A stretch of DNA of 14,735 nucleotides from Candidatus Helarchaeota archaeon (GTDB taxonomy: Archaea; Asgardarchaeota; Lokiarchaeia; Helarchaeales; RDOG01). The notes under the pieces are model-generated. The model was not told the DNA's origin and made no database searches. It saw only the letters and a list, made by a program, of their open reading frames with translations. Made by a program: the position numbers and the translations under genes. Numbering within the stretch: the first letter of the stretch is position 1; every line of letters starts with the position of its first letter. The DNA is taken from positions 1 to 14,735 of the forward strand of contig JALGVI010000106.1 in the NCBI GenBank assembly GCA_029838215.1, in the 5' to 3' direction. Of this stretch, positions 13,259 through 14,735 are shown in pieces.

Positions 13259-14735
13259 TCAGTCAAAGATGTAGTTTTTTGCCCATTCTCGTGCTTTGAT
13301 TGAGTTAAGGTAATGAACCATTCGCAGGCGCTTGATGGACTGTGGGTTAAATTGTGAGAGTGGGATGAAGACGATGATTTTTCCTCTTTTACTTGCGATG
13401 GATTTGATGTAGGGGTTGGGACGTTTTTTCGCCACGTATACGATGTATTTATAGTCTTCAGCATAGTAAATGGCAGATAGGAGGAGTTTTTCCGCTTTAT
13501 TTCGATACATTTCCGGGTAATAATCATCTTCCCAGGCTTGATAGTAGTAATAACTAGGGGGTGGGGGAAAGATTGAACAAAAACCACCATATTCACCTCG
13601 AGAGATGCCAGGTCCGATGATGTTCACGCCCGGAGAGGTTGCATATATTAGAAGATCGGATTCTTGATCGTGTTCATGTTTCCAAGTCAACCTGTAATCG
13701 TATTTTTTATCTAGAATGTCGTCTTCTTCAAAGATGACAATTACAGGTCCAATTTTTCCCTTTAGTTGCTGTTCTTCACGAACATATATTTTCTTGTCAA
13801 CATGCCAGTTCCTGATGGTTTCGCGCAGCTCAAGTCCGTCCATCAGGCTTGTTTTGAATTCGTGAACCTTGATATTATCTTCTATCAGGAGTTTCATTGC
13901 TTTCTTTCGAATGAAAGCCATGTAGTTTTCAAACATGTCGTCTTCAGGAGGATATGAATAGATGCCTTGGTAATCTCGGTTCCATTTTTTCTCCCATTCT
14001 CCCGGTTCGGGTTCCTTTGGACGGCGTTTTATGGGAATTTTTCGCTTTCGAGCACGTGAAATTGGAATGCGCCGTCGAAGAGGAATTGTCTTGAATCGAG
14101 ACATCCCGCGATCGCGCTTGATCGTAATGTCCGGATAGAGTCGTGATTTGTCTTGAAACGGATATTCCATTAATTTATCGAATACAATTGCGGCATATTC
14201 ATCATCGACGAAATTCTTTGCTGAAATGATGAGATGGTACATGTTTGGAATTAATTCTTTTTCTAGAAGAGCATGATTCCGTGAATACTGAAGTATTCCT
14301 TTTAGCTGGCTGAAATTGACCTGTTCTCCCGTGTCCTTGTAATATTTCTTGCGGGAATCTAAATAGACGTTTCTATATACTTCCAACTTGTCGAATTTCT
14401 TGACTTGAGATTGATCCTTTCGGGCCAATTCGTACCTGTAAATGACGTGTGGTATTTCGCGAAGTACTTCTACGTGCGATTTTTGTGCGAGATTGAAAAT
14501 TTGAACATCCTTGCGTCTTGCATGTTTATATTTGGGTGGTTTAGATCGTTTTATAAATCCTTTAATGCGTTCCCAATGAGCCATTCCCAGAATGAATAGC
14601 ACTCGTTTATACTTTTTCATTAAATCCTTTAATTGATGAGCCATGAACAGTTCTCTCTTGTAATCTTTCGTGCGTGGGTTGCTCTTTTTCATGTAGGGGA
14701 GCATGATTTCGTAAAATTTCTCCAGCCCGATTTTT
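13259..14735 (-). CDS. Large conserved hypothetical protein, 5'-truncated: TraB/Tiki-like segment followed by a CoxE/vWA-like segment
   Basis: The frame is open to the window edge (KIGLEKFYEI precedes the track's Met). Motifs are RELFMA...VLFILGMAHW, SYPPED, FKTSLMDGLELRETIRNW, TWKHEHDQES, IGPGISRGEYGG and HYLN. These resemble from memory a family found in Acidobacteria, Planctomycetes and Deltaproteobacteria. Confidence 0.85.
   Translation of the reverse strand, partial: KIGLEKFYEIMLPYMKKSNPRTKDYKRELFMAHQLKDLMKKYKRVLFILGMAHWERIKGFIKRSKPPKYKHARRKDVQIFNLAQKSHVEVLREIPHVIYRYELARKDQSQVKKFDKLEVYRNVYLDSRKKYYKDTGEQVNFSQLKGILQYSRNHALLEKELIPNMYHLIISAKNFVDDEYAAIVFDKLMEYPFQDKSRLYPDITIKRDRGMSRFKTIPLRRRIPISRARKRKIPIKRRPKEPEPGEWEKKWNRDYQGIYSYPPEDDMFENYMAFIRKKAMKLLIEDNIKVHEFKTSLMDGLELRETIRNWHVDKKIYVREEQQLKGKIGPVIVIFEEDDILDKKYDYRLTWKHEHDQESDLLIYATSPGVNIIGPGISRGEYGGFCSIFPPPPSYYYYQAWEDDYYPEMYRNKAEKLLLSAIYYAEDYKYIVYVAKKRPNPYIKSIASKRGKIIVFIPLSQFNPQSIKRLRMVHYLNSIKAREWAKNYIFD

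Noticed and set aside
7828-14599. Other nested or antisense ORFs (7828..8049, 8742..9041, 9033..9434, 9962..10318, 10504..10797, 10546..10746, 11501..11779, 12851..13099, 13246..13596, 13766..13957, 14405..14599)
   Set aside because: They are shadows of stronger genes and have atypical composition.
1-14735. CRISPR array, tRNA/rRNA, IS/transposase, integrase, defence genes
   Set aside because: By eye I found no regularly spaced 25-45 nt repeats, cloverleaf or T-loop motifs, terminal inverted repeats or relevant protein motifs. No tRNAscan or Infernal run was possible.

Overview
This 14.7 kb window is gene-dense and moderately AT-rich. It looks archaeal, probably Asgard (Loki/Hel-like); that is an inference from GGTGA/GGAGG ribosome-binding sites, TATA-like promoters, oligo-T terminators and gene content. 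In order, it holds: (1) a >729-aa membrane-anchored alpha/beta-hydrolase fused to a CPBP/CAAX-protease-like membrane domain, which the ORF track missed because it runs off the left edge; (2) a doubtful small ORF; (3) an intact 2x[4Fe-4S] + 2xCCG (GlpC/GlcF/HdrD-like) protein; (4) a translationally coupled four-subunit 2-oxoacid:ferredoxin oxidoreductase operon (korDABC type) with non-canonical active-site loops; (5) a YbjN-like protein; (6) a VOC/methylmalonyl-CoA-epimerase-like protein; (7) a small ORF; (8) a 386-aa protein with no recognisable family; (9) a ~190-nt unexplained intergenic island; (10) a FAD-linked oxidoreductase plus CCG Fe-S partner, where the Fe-S gene is broken by an apparent ~20-codon deletion with frameshift; (11) a small CC-motif HesB-like protein; (12) the 3' part of a large TraB-like/CoxE-like conserved hypothetical protein. 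I saw no rRNA, tRNA, CRISPR array, transposase or integrase. No complete novel system can be demonstrated from sequence alone. The best leads are the hydrolase-CPBP fusion, the broken Fe-S gene with an intact paralog nearby, the flavo/Fe-S/OFOR catabolic cluster of unknown substrate, and the 9764-9950 island.
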